In this document: piece after piece, positions 48,596 through 59,947 of the stretch | Layout: the number at the start of each line of letters is the position of its first letter | Position numbering within the stretch: the first letter of the stretch is position 1 | Assembly: GCA_030295235.1 (NCBI GenBank) | Contig: AP026134.1 | Span: 806,001 to 870,000 of the forward strand | Direction of reading: 5' to 3' | Source of the DNA: Fistulifera solaris | Lineage: Eukaryota | Length of the DNA stretch: 64,000 bases | Made by a program: the position numbers and the translations under genes | Notes under the pieces: model-generated | What the model was told of the DNA's origin: nothing | Database searches by the model: none | What the model saw: the letters and a program-made list of their open reading frames with translations, nothing else

Positions 48596-50749
48596 TCAAT
48601 GTTGACGGCTCCGATCCTGCTGAATTAGTTTTGCTGCTCGACTTGCCACAACGCAGATGGTGCTATGAGTGTTACCACTCGGAACAAAAGGGATGATTCC
48701 ACCATCTACAATACGCAATCCGCTGACACCGCGAACACGTAGATGCCCGTCGACAACGGAGGTAGGATCATCAGACGACCCCATCTTCGTTGAACCAACC
48801 CAGTGGGCATTGGGAAGATGATTTTCGTGAACATGTCTCATCAGATTCTCTCCTGATACGTGCGCTCCGGGATATGTTTCCGTACCGGTGCGTAGAGACA
48901 ACGGTGCCGTCGCTTGAATACGACGAACCTGCTCCATTCCCCAAGCGAGTCGTTGTATATCCCGACTAGATAAGTACTCTTTCCGTTCGACAGGCAAATC
49001 AATGATAGGGAGCTTGAAGCCTTCAAGAGACAAGCGTTCGATGGTATTTTCCGACTGACTTGGCACATCATAAGCTGCTTGCTCGGTATCATAAAAGATA
49101 TCATTACCGCCGAATGTATCCTTTGTACCCGATTCACTAGCATGAACCTGATAGCGTGCATCAGGCTTAAGAAGTGCAACTGTCACCAACATTGTACTAG
49201 CACGCAACTTCTTCAGTTCCATGTGATTGGCGTAACGAAGAATGTGAGGTTCTGTCAGCCGCGGAAAAGAGTAAGTTGAATGTCGGGCGTTTCGTCTGTC
49301 GCCCAAGGAGACCGCAAGAAACCGCCAGCGGAAAACCCAGCTGAGCCAAGTGTCCCCAATTTTTCGGAGAGAAGGAGTTTGTCATTTTCTGAAATCTTTG
49401 TCACGTTCGTGCCCAGGTTGGTTAATTCCTGGACCGCCACTAAATAATCTTCCAATTCGTCGCCGATCGTATAGATTGACGTGGCTTCCAGGGCTAGCTC
49501 AGGATGGATCAAAAGGATAAACCGACAACTGGATGATCTTGAAGGTTCTTTCCTACACCAGGGAGATCGAGAGCTTTCCCGTTTGGTCCAATTCCTGAGT
49601 TCACCAAAATCTGAGGCGTCATGATAGCTCCCGATGACAAAATGACTTCAGCATGGGTTGCATCAGTGAGCATGTATTTTCGGACGTTCCCCATTTCGGT
49701 TAACAATTCTACACCGCATGTACGCAATCCAAGTGGACTATTTCCAAGTAAGACGCGTGCCACTGTCAGTCCAGTTCTAATCAGAAGATTAGCCGGTGGC
49801 TTTCGTCGTCCCAGCAGAGCCTGTGCTACGGAATCACGCACACCGTCCTTAATGTTGAACTCGTAGTAACCCATTCCCACGCGTTCTTCACCACTGTTGA
49901 AGCCTTTTGATAAAATTGGCCAGCCCGCTTGGTCAGCAGATTGCAGAAAGAGAGGAGTAATAGCGTCCACGACTTCCGCCGCTGGATAAGCAGTCGCGAT
50001 AGGTCCCTCCGTGCCCCTGCCGTGGTCCTTCCCCATCTTTGCTTCAAAGTCTTCCAATTGAATGTATTCCTCCAGAATAGTTTCCCATGTCCATTCAGAC
50101 ATGTTCCAGCTCTCAATATCTTGTCGTAACGCCCGCACATTTATCATGGCATTGTGCAAGCCACTGCCTCCTAAACCGCGCCCTAGCAAAGTTTTTTCAA
50201 TAGGCCAGTGATGCCCCGAGGCAAACGGCATAGGAAGAGCTTGCTGTCGATCCCGGCACTTGCCACACCGCTCCAAAAAAGCGGTATATCCATAAAATTC
50301 AAATTTTTATCGTTGAGGACCGCGGCTTGACTCGCGGTTCCCGATTCAATGAGGACGAGCCGTAAATCGGGAAAAGCTTCCGCCAGTTTAATTGCGACCA
50401 GAATCCCGGCCGGCCCTCCACCGACAATGATGTAGTCAAAGTAAGTTGTTGAAGTAGAAAGCGATGTGGGTGGACGATGGAGGGCAAAAGAGTGCAGTAA
50501 TACGCTCAAAGTGATGACAACAAAGAATGTGCCTAACCACAACATCCAATGAAAAGACCACTTTCCTCCTTTGTGACCCGAATTGTCTCCCTTTAGAAGC
50601 GGGCTACTCTCTTGCTGCTCGATGGCTTTTAAAAACGGTTTCTGATGGGGAGTAAATTCATACTGATACGATCGATTTTGCTCATCGTCTAAATCGCATT
50701 GCGTTCGGGGATACGTCGTGTCGTCGCTGCGATCTTCGGTTAGGCTCAT
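48596..50749 (-). CDS. GMC oxidoreductase (choline dehydrogenase-like) with an N-terminal TM anchor; frameshifted
   Basis: FDYIIVGGGPAG, GRGLGGSGLHNAMINVR, EVILSSGAIMTPQILVNSGIG, VGKNLQDHP, HWVGSTKMG, VVDGHLRVRGVSGLRIVDG, GNTH. Confidence 0.92.
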
Positions 50750-51308
50750 TCGATTGCCGTGTGTTTCATACCAGGGTCTTCGTCTTCACTTAAGTAAAGC
50801 GTGCGCATGAAGTTTTGCTGACGCTAAATTCGATAGGAAGGAACGAGAACAGATTAAAAGGCAACCGAGCTCATATGAAAGATAATGCTAAAAACATAAA
50901 TAGAAAAAGATCGAAACACCAGAATGAGCCGTCATCTTTCCTTCGGCTTACATAATACCCCGGAGTACTTTGTATATGACGGTTTTGGTGTTGGTAAGAC
51001 ACTCTTTGCGTCGATCACGTTTCCTACGTTTTCGCTAGAAGGATTACCCCTTTGTCTCTCTTTAGTTCTAGTTCACTCTTCACGAGACCTCCCTAAGGCT
51101 AAAAACGCGCTCTAGGAATAGATACAACACTCAAAGATGAGATAGCTAGAATTATTGGATGTTACGCGATACAACATCATTAAATCGAACTAAACGCATC
51201 TATCTGGTTGAAAGACAACTTTGGGAAAACAACTTAATCTTTTTAAAATTAGAGGAGTGTTTTTGCATGCTCTATTCTTATTGATTATCTCTATAATTAA
51301 CTCTTTCT

Positions 51309-52500
51309 TTAGGCGGCGAATCCAACATGTGTAGCTTGCCAAGCGTGAGCGTCGCGAACAGTCTTGCGTTCCGGGTAGTCTTTCTCCGCTTTCTTCCAGC
51401 CTCCACCCCTCTCTTTTCCTCCCGGAACATAGTCACCAAACATTTTCGAGACTTGCAATGGATCAAAACTTTGAGCCTGAACGCTACCGAAAACATGCCA
51501 TGAAGGCTTTGTGGCCAGTTTGAGACTTTTGCGATTCGAATGTTCGGCAGCGCGATATACATATTTTATTTGCCAAACATCGTCAAATGTGCGTCCTTTG
51601 TAATCCAGCTGTAAATAGAAACGTAAGACCGTTAGAAAAACACTTCAGACCAGGAACAACTCTGCTTGATGAGCAGCAAAGACCACTTACCGGACAGCCT
51701 TCAAAAGGACCGCAACCCAGCTTCCGGGCTAGATGAGATATTTCCGAATGTTTCCAAGAAATGACCGTCAGCTTTCCGCACATCTGACCCGATTGCAAGA
51801 ATGTAAGGATTTCGCTGGTCATTTCGGCTGCACGGTGAACAGGGTACGAATCATCAATGGTGACACCGGCTTTGGTTGCCAGTGGTTCTACGGTTTCGAT
51901 TTCACGAAAGTTCATTTTCCGTGCATTATCCCGGCCTACCGGACTCAACGCGAAAATATAACTCGGCATGGGCCACCGATCGTTCTTGTCGTCTCCGAAT
52001 AAAGAAGCCAGATAAACCGAGCGTTCAAATCCTTCGTAAGAGCAATGCTCTCGGATATCTCCTTTTTCACAGTGGCGAACGAGCATCACGGTTGCTTCAC
52101 AACCATCAGAAACCGGCATGTAATGTGTTTGTCCGTGATCGTCTGTAATTTTCCTCACATACTTGTTTCTAGGGTCAAAATTTACCAGATGCGCGGCACG
52201 GAAGAAATCTGCAATTCTCTGCTCCTGTCGAATGTTTTTCGTTGTTTCCACTGTCAGGGTCAGGCCGTGTGACTCTGCTACATCCCGTTCACGCTCAGTA
52301 GGCCAATACCGAATGAATTGTGTGATTGCGGAAACAACCCACACGCAAGAGCAGCATAACAACGAAAAAGCCAATGCCCATCGAAATGAAACTCGGATGC
52401 TCCGGATGTGTTTTCGCCCTGTTACGAGCTCTGAGGTTTCGTCGTGCTGTTCATCATCTTCCGTAAGGTCGACGTGAGATTTCTGGTAAGCCTGAGACAT
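51309..52500 (-). CDS. Histidine phosphatase/phosphoglycerate-mutase-like type II membrane protein (intron ~51609-51690)
   Basis: TM WALAFSLLCCSCVWVVSAI; VMLVRHCEK, GFERS, REIETVEPLA, VISWKHSEI; exon 2 DYKGRTFDDVWQIKY. Confidence 0.75.
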
Positions 52501-53327
52501 GTTGGACGTGGTTTACGCTTATGAGAGTGATTTATAATGAAAGGTACAAGGTACATGTACCTGGTACATGATGTGTGTTTTTTCACTTTTCGGTTCACGG
52601 CGGTCCTTTTTGAATCTTTGGAATTCGCCACCGTGGACGACTCCTGACATCATGTTTTGTCTTCGGAATAGTGGGCGCCCAACGCGCGCCGATCTTCCGT
52701 ATACAGTACAAGGTTGCCGGTAAACGTTGCCTATTTATTTCATAATGGACACTACCTGCAAGTACCGAATACATGCTCAACGTAAATGGATCACTGGCTC
52801 AGCGGAGATGCCAAGGCCATTCGTGAATGACGAGGAGAGTCGTCGGGAGTCGTGAAAACGCAAAAGTTACGGAGTAGTACCTGGTATTATCTTTTTCCAT
52901 TCCAATCACCAAAAGGCTTTGTTACTTTTACTGATTACACTTAAAAAAAAGAAGAATTACGTCCAAGGGGAGATAGGCTAGAGCCGTTTAGCAACTATCG
53001 CATGAATAATGATGGATAAACGTTTCCCGTCTCATCATCGTGTCGTGTTTGTAGAAAAACCAAAGGAGTATACTCATTTGGAAAAACTGCGCATCATCAT
53101 GCAAATAACTGTCACGTGTTGTCGTACAGCGATCCATCGGCCAATTAATCGGCGTCACAACTCATAACATAATGAATGGCGTCAACTGCAACAAGTTGCA
53201 ACCAACAAAAAATAATAAAAAAAACAACCCTCCGAGCCATCGAACCGACACCTTTTGAAGTGGTGTGAGACTTCTAAAGCTCTTAAACTATAGAATATTA
53301 ATTCTACGGTAGAAATTCATAGCAGCA

Positions 53328-54644
53328 ATGGGTTCCTTGGGCAGCAACGTTTTATGTCGTTTCGTATCAGTTCGACGACATCGACTGATGTCTTGTTGCA
53401 ATGGCTCTCGTCGGTGTTTATCGACCAATTTTCTAACGCAACAGGACGGTCATTGCGATGCGATTCCTTCAAATATTGAACATATTCTTCAAGAGTACTG
53501 CGAAAAGCAACAGACTAGTTCGTCGATTCAAATGCTCATGAAGACTGGAAGGGGCGAAATGCTTGGTAAAACCTACAAAAGCGAAGCGTTCATGGGACGA
53601 TTGGGCCACCAGTTGGCAACAAATCGCATACTGATCCAGTTTGCTTCATTTCTATCACAAGAAATACCCATTCGGTTGGCTCATAGGATCCGAGGCTTGG
53701 ATCAAGTTCCTATTTTGAGAGACATGCACGCCGTGCAACAGGTTAAAGCAATCTACATTCGTTCTTTCTTGGAGATGATCGACTTTCCGCCTATTCTAAA
53801 CTCGAATGATGAACAGCAGTTCGCTCATATGCTAGGAGATCTGTATACGAAGCACTCGGGTGTCTTGGTACAGATGGCGAAGGGTGCGTATGAGCTGCGC
53901 GAAGGTATCCGATCAGGGGACATTAATGTATCGAAAGACGTCGACGATGATTTTTCACTGGAAAGCTTGATCGACTGCCACCGATGCCTGGATCGCTTCT
54001 ACATGAGTCGCATAGGGATTCGTGTTTTGGCTGGTCAGTACTTAGCGATGCGACAGGAACCACAAAACAATTACATTGGTATGATTTGTCAAAAGACGTC
54101 GCCCTCGGCCGTGGTGAGAGAAGCGGCAGTCAATGTGACTAAACTCTGTATTGAACGATACGGAAGAGCACCCGAAGTTCAACTGATAGGACGTCTTGAC
54201 TTGACATTTCCGTATATCCCCACGTACCTGCATTACATTGTGCTGGAATTGCTGAAGAACGCATTGAGAGCAACGTGCGAAAAATTCGAGCTCAGTTCTT
54301 CGCTACCTCCTGTGGTAGTTGTCATTGCTGACGGCACCGACAATGAAGATGTTGTTATTAAAATTACGGATGAGGGAGGCGGGATTCCAAGAAGTCAGAT
54401 TGAAAAGATTTGGAGTTATTTGTATACGACTGCAGGTTCAAACCTCCAAAAGGCTGTCTTTTCCGGAAAGGATCATAGCGACATGTCACCCATGGCTGGA
54501 TTAGGGTACGGACTACCTATATCAAGAAGCTACGCGCGTTATTTTGGCGGAGATATCGACTTGATGAGTATGGATGGACACGGCACCGATGTATTTGTTT
54601 ACTTGAAACGCCTAGGTGATACGAAAGAACCTATTCCTGTATAA
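53328..54644 (+). CDS. PDK: Mitochondrial pyruvate dehydrogenase kinase / BCKDK family
   Basis: Arg-rich presequence; FLSQEIPIRLAHRI, LDRFYMSRIGIRVL, LELLKNALRAT, ITDEGGGIP, MAGLGYGLPISRSYARYFGGD. Confidence 0.93.
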   Translation: MGSLGSNVLCRFVSVRRHRLMSCCNGSRRCLSTNFLTQQDGHCDAIPSNIEHILQEYCEKQQTSSSIQMLMKTGRGEMLGKTYKSEAFMGRLGHQLATNRILIQFASFLSQEIPIRLAHRIRGLDQVPILRDMHAVQQVKAIYIRSFLEMIDFPPILNSNDEQQFAHMLGDLYTKHSGVLVQMAKGAYELREGIRSGDINVSKDVDDDFSLESLIDCHRCLDRFYMSRIGIRVLAGQYLAMRQEPQNNYIGMICQKTSPSAVVREAAVNVTKLCIERYGRAPEVQLIGRLDLTFPYIPTYLHYIVLELLKNALRATCEKFELSSSLPPVVVVIADGTDNEDVVIKITDEGGGIPRSQIEKIWSYLYTTAGSNLQKAVFSGKDHSDMSPMAGLGYGLPISRSYARYFGGDIDLMSMDGHGTDVFVYLKRLGDTKEPIPV

Positions 54645-54704
54645 CAAGTTTTTCATGATACGATGGAAAATCAAACGTTTTCTCATCCATACAAAATTTG
54701 AACA

Positions 54705-55983
54705 TTACTCAATTTTCTTTTGCATTGTCCTAATGCCAGCCGCATCCATAAATCGGTCAATGGCGACAACAGTCAGAAGGACCACTGTCATGTACAAAGT
54801 CAAAAGAAGGAAGGCCGCATAGTGATCGACCTCAAGCGTGTTGAGCGAAAGATTGACCATACCAGTCATGAGGTTCGCGACCACGAACGTCACGAGTCCG
54901 TTTTGATTTACTAGATGTATTAGTTTCGGGGCAGCTAATAATCTGGAATGCGTCGATACAAAATCGATGCAAGTGAGCTGTATGAAACATACAAATAACG
55001 TCCACACACAAAGGATGCGTTGGTGGTCCGACGAGAAACCGGGACACCAAGGTACGTCAACAACCTCCATAACAATCCGAGCACAACGGTGACTTCCAAC
55101 AAACGCTTCTTTTCCAAAAGAAATGATGTGACAGGTATTCGGTAGCCAAGTACAAAGACGTGTAGCCCAGACAGCCTAAGATACCCTCTCGATTGGCTAC
55201 AAACCAGCTCGAGCAGACTTCATCCGGAGCACATGTGCGCGGAGCGTTCTCCACCCATTCTTGAATATTTTGTGATAGTATAAATTGATAACACGCCATG
55301 ATCACCACGGGTATCGTACCAGTGGGCCCGGGTATGAAAGGAGCAACTATCGTCAAAAAGGCCAAGGTACAAAAGAAATTCCAGTGCACACCGTATTCGG
55401 AAGCATGTTCCGGATATTCCAGTCCTTTGTGCGTCAGTAGTCGTAGCAGTCCCATGATCAGTAACGGCAAAATTCGTTTCCAATTCATCCGTGGTGCTGC
55501 TTTGTGCGTATTTCCGTTTCGCGCTTTCGGGGAAACGAGTCCAGCTGCGACAACAAAGGAGGCTGCTCCTAAATCCATGAGACTGTATCCTTTGACTTCT
55601 GTTTTACAGAATCGTCTCGGGAAGAGACGGAAGTCTACAGCAAGTATAGCGATGATTGTCAGATACATGAGACCCGATCGGAAAATGGTGATGGTAGCAT
55701 GTTGCGTATTTGCCGTCGATGACGGAAGAGATTTCAATCGCGTGACGAAGGCCACCACAACTTGTAACAAGAGTAATAAAATACCATAGGGATACAGCCA
55801 TTCACTTTGGCATATTATCATGGGAACAATCCACACCGAAACTTCGGTAAAAACCGATTTGGGCAGGGCAGTATAGCAATACCAACCAACGGGGACCGTA
55901 CTTGCTATCAATAGTAACTCGACGGGTGTCGTACCCTCGTGGCCACTGACAAACGCTTCTTTTTGCTCTTTCCAATCAGTCAT
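54705..55983 (-). CDS. PIGW: GPI inositol acyltransferase PIG-W/GWT1 (frameshifts near 55110 and ~55000)
   Basis: KEQKEAFVSGHEGTT, ILAVDFRLFPRRFCKTE..GYSLMDLG, YPEHASEYGVHWNFF, NREGILGCLGY, VSRRTTNASF, NGLVTFVVANLMTGMVN. Confidence 0.95.
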
Positions 55984-56103
55984 ATATGTTGGAAACGATT
56001 TGTTAGAGGTAGTAAAAGGAAGGTCGAGTGTTGTCGATTGTAATGAATGATTATTCACGCGATTGATGATTATTATTTGTCGAGGGGTTTCGAAAAAATC
56101 CAT

Positions 56104-56377
56104 TCATGACTGGAATGCAATTCTTGGTCACGTCAAGACAACACTTTGGTTTATAGTAGATACGGAAGATGTTAACCCGCAAGGGTTTATTCATATGCGT
56201 AATCGAGGCGTGCATTTCAAATGCTGCTAAAAGTAATTTCATTGTTGTTTTGAAAGATTAAGCTTACCAAATTAGCAGAATGGACGGAATTTATAAAGCA
56301 ATTTACCCCGGCAAAATCAGAATTCATGACTGAAATGCTGTCTTGGTTTCGAAGAACCAACACATTGGCCTGTAGGT
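56104..56377. repeat. Second pair of the ~53-bp dispersed repeat (56104-56157 and 56324-56377)
   Basis: TCATGACTG.AATGC..TCTTGGT...AACAC.TTGG...T.TAG aligns with the 21614 and 21842 copies. Confidence 0.8.
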
Positions 56378-56814
56378 ATATTAAGAAGATGATGATTCGC
56401 TAGGCTTTTTTAGGACGAAGAACATCAACTCTTGCCTTGCAAGCGATGCCGAAGGTATAATGAAAAGGTGCACGCAAGTCACAAATGCTTAGACCAGAAA
56501 AATGCGTTTGTCAGCAACTAACAACAAAGACAGCCCTTTGCTGAAAATTTGTTCTGCCCCATTCATGGGCAAAGACTCGGTGCAACTGCATTCCAGACAC
56601 CATTAATAGGATTCCTTGGATTGAGATAAAATACTGAGTTCATTGTTAGTTCCCACTAAAGTTACAACAAACGAGCAGCGCGACGAGGGACTTAAATGCA
56701 AGGTACGAGAGACGAGCAAGGTTTGTTGATCTGGCTTTGTCTGTTGAAACAGTATTCATGGGCTGCTTTATATTTGCTATGGATAATATGGCGAGTATTA
56801 GTGCGCGTTCTCCG

Positions 56815-57309
56815 TCAGCTCTTTGCCAGTTGTTGTTGCAATAGTCGAATCGCCAGATCGGCGTCGGCACTCGTCAAACCCACCGGACTACTGACCGCGA
56901 TGGCGCGTCCCTCAAAGGAGTTTCTATATCGATCTAAAAGCAAGTCTTCATCATCGAGAGCAATCCACGCTCGAGGTCGATTGTTCTGTAAGTATCGATA
57001 TATTTCGTACTGTCGTTCATCGTGGTAAGACGTGTCCGTCACGTCGTAAAACTCCGTTATCCGGGCAAGAGGACTGTCGTGAGCATTGCCGTATATTTGA
57101 AAGGATTCAATTATATCATCAATCATATTTTTCTGCGCCCTCCATGTCGACGATAAAACCAGCAGGGCGTCGGGGATGGCGTATAGAATTTGTGAGAGCG
57201 CATGCAACGTAGCGTCAGGAAATATGGCTCCGCACGTAGAGGCCGACGGGTCTGGAAATGGTAGCAGCACTCCATCTATATCTAAGAACACCAGTATTTT
57301 ATCAGCCAT
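56815..57309 (-). CDS. HAD-superfamily protein, Swiss-Army-knife RNA-repair-like (HAD_SAK_2)
   Basis: ILVFLDIDGVL, LVLSSTWR, ERQYEI, WIALDDEDL, VGLT..DADLAIRLL. Confidence 0.85.
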   Translation of the reverse strand: MADKILVFLDIDGVLLPFPDPSASTCGAIFPDATLHALSQILYAIPDALLVLSSTWRAQKNMIDDIIESFQIYGNAHDSPLARITEFYDVTDTSYHDERQYEIYRYLQNNRPRAWIALDDEDLLLDRYRNSFEGRAIAVSSPVGLTSADADLAIRLLQQQLAKS

Positions 57310-57622
57310 CCTTCCGTCATAGATGAGTTAAACGCATTTTATTGGCAAATGTATAGCCTCGGTGGTTTGCATTGAAACTTGTCGGCTTTTTTTCTTTCTT
57401 TTAGTGGAGAGTGCGAGATGGGTGGGACTGGGTACCGGTACGATTAATGACTGCAACAGTCACATCGCTTATCGCTCATCGTTGTCTGGCCTGCACTGCG
57501 CATGACCGGCCGTCTCTCCACCGCACAGTGGGCGTTTGCCAGCGACGATGGCTGCCTGCAAACGCAAGAGAAAAATTATAAACGCGGACATTTACAGCAC
57601 TTTTGATTGAGATTGATTCGCA

Positions 57623-58144
57623 ATGGTAAGTAATGACGGTAACCAGAGTTATCCTTACTGACATGCCATATTTGGTAGAGAAGACGGTACTATTGCCGTC
57701 GACGGGAAAAAGTAGACACCAACAAAAAGCTGTTCAACGTCAACGGTCTCAGCGATCGGAGAACGCATTTTGCGACCAGATTTTGTCGGCATTGTGTCTG
57801 TATTTCTGCTTCTATTCATCCCTTGAATTTATTTGGTGTCTTAATAGCTGCGTGGTGCTTTGTGGAGTCCAGATTGTCAAAGATTGTGCTATTCAGTTGT
57901 TGTGATGTCTCAATATGTCTTTTTCAACGTGTATTTGCTATTACAGGCTACTCAAAGACGCGCAGCAGCTCGACAAGCCGGTGGAGGCGGAGGACGCCCC
58001 GCTGGTGCCGGAAATAATATCTTGCAATTTTACACGGATGATTCGCCTGGTTTGCAGGTAGGACCTACCACCGTCTTGGTCGCTAGTTTGTCCTTTGTGG
58101 GAGTTGTGGTACTTTTGCACATCTTGGGCAAATTCAGATCGTAA
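57623..58144 (+). CDS. SEC61B: Sec61 beta subunit (probable ATG-only first exon; intron 57626-57946)
   Basis: NILQFYTDDSPGLQVGPTTVLVASLSFVGVVVLLHILGKF; ATG|GTAAGT donor and TTACAG acceptor. The first-exon assignment is inferred. Confidence 0.88.
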
Positions 58145-58744
58145 AAGTTTAGATAGCACATATGATATGAAGTTATGCTGACGATAGGCGTGTGAATGAT
58201 TAATTGAATACCTGGAAACATCTTGATTAGTCTCGATTTTCGTTTTCGAGTGACATCTACAATATGGAGTAAGCATCTACTCTGACGAAGCTCACTGCTT
58301 TACCGAGTCGTCATACTTGTTTCATGAACAATTGCAGTAACGACAAAGTGCACAAGTTGTTAAGGAGTACTCCAAAAAGGCATTGCTGAACTCCGTCATG
58401 TCGTCTCGAGATCGCGGCTTCGTCGTGTTCATCTCATTCCCACTAGCTCTCCGAGGTCGATTCTATCACAGACAAGGTTTTCGAAGAGCTAAATGATTTG
58501 ATCTTTTAGTAATTAGGTCGTCTAGGTCGTTGAGAATCTATTGTTGAAAAGTTTTGCTTTCTCACTCGATTTGCTGTCGGAGAAAAGTTTATCAATACAT
58601 AGCAATCGAAGATGAAAAATTGTGGTTTCGCGCGTGAGGAGTTTGATAAACACAGAGATACTGGAAGCTCAAAGATTGTGTTGTGATGAAAGATCACGCT
58701 TCTGTGAAATGTGAAATTGTAATGTATCCTTCGCCAATCAAAAT

Positions 58745-59218
58745 TTACGAAAGCCAATATTCTGGATTATCTGTGCCCATGACTTTCGCCTGTAGTTCAC
58801 CAATACGAGCCGCTCCGTATTCTACTGCCTTGGCCCACGGGTTATCCTTGTGAGAGATCAATTGAAGATGAAGATCTTCGAGACTATCATCATCGAATCT
58901 TGCCGTCGTTTGAAGTCGGGGTACATTTGGTCTTGAAGGATCGATTTCTGCTTCCTCTGGCGGATTAACAATAGTAGCAAAAGTAGGGAAGTACTGCTTT
59001 TCTTTCCGGAAACCTGGGCAATCAAAGTCGCGTGCAGCATGCAAAGGATCCAACGAAGCAGCATCTCGACTCTCCCGGATCGTGACCGCGGCAAGTGAGA
59101 AATATTCTGCCACCATAGCGACTTTTACTTCTCTCGTAAACAAGTCAGTTGGATGGACAAGGAATGCTTGAGCAACACTGATGATTGCCATGGAAAGAAC
59201 AAACAGATTCATCTTCAT
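58745..59218 (-). CDS. Uncharacterised protein with signal peptide plus AQAF (plastid-type presequence)
   Basis: MKMNLFVLSMAIISVAQAFLVHP; uninterrupted ORF. Confidence 0.6.
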   Translation of the reverse strand: MKMNLFVLSMAIISVAQAFLVHPTDLFTREVKVAMVAEYFSLAAVTIRESRDAASLDPLHAARDFDCPGFRKEKQYFPTFATIVNPPEEAEIDPSRPNVPRLQTTARFDDDSLEDLHLQLISHKDNPWAKAVEYGAARIGELQAKVMGTDNPEYWLS

Positions 59219-59947
59219 TGACATGGTCATGTGGTGCGTTGTGATGAAAATTTGTGAGGGAGGATGATGCAAATTGCCGTCATGTGCCAGCTAATAACAA
59301 CGAAATTCCGGAATAGATCGTACAGTAAAAGCAGTACTCTACTCGCAGCAGGCAAAAGATGACGTGTACCACAGTTATTTATAGAGTGGCATTACAGACA
59401 TTGAAGCCGTTGTTCCGTGAGATCACGTCAGCACATTTTCTTTTAGTCAGTATAACGAATTATGTAACAGTCATAACCACAGAACAGAGAGAATTGAATA
59501 CCGTCTACCGTTTCAACATCAGCGCCATTCCGTATCCGTTACCAGGTATCCGTATCCATTTTTTGTGACAGTCCATGAAGAGGCCGTCTCTTAGTACTTA
59601 GTACGGAGTAGTAGAGAGTCACACCGTGACAAAAGCACAAGTCAACGCAAAGTCTAAAGTTCTCAACACGACGACTCAAGACTAAATAATGCTGTTCGTT
59701 CCCTAATTAATAGACAAGACTCAGTTTTGGGTCCATGGACGCAGCTCAAATAATAATTGACAAGGACAATGATCTCCTCTTTCATTCGACTTTTATTGTA
59801 ACAAAACCATTTGAGTTTATATCATTTCATCTCTTCTCGTGCGTTGAAAAAGCGACAAGTTTGTTGACTACTTTGTAATCACGTAACCAAAAGCGCTCAG
59901 CAGTTTTAGTCCTTTGTTTCGTTTCAGTGACATATTTTTGTAGAAAC

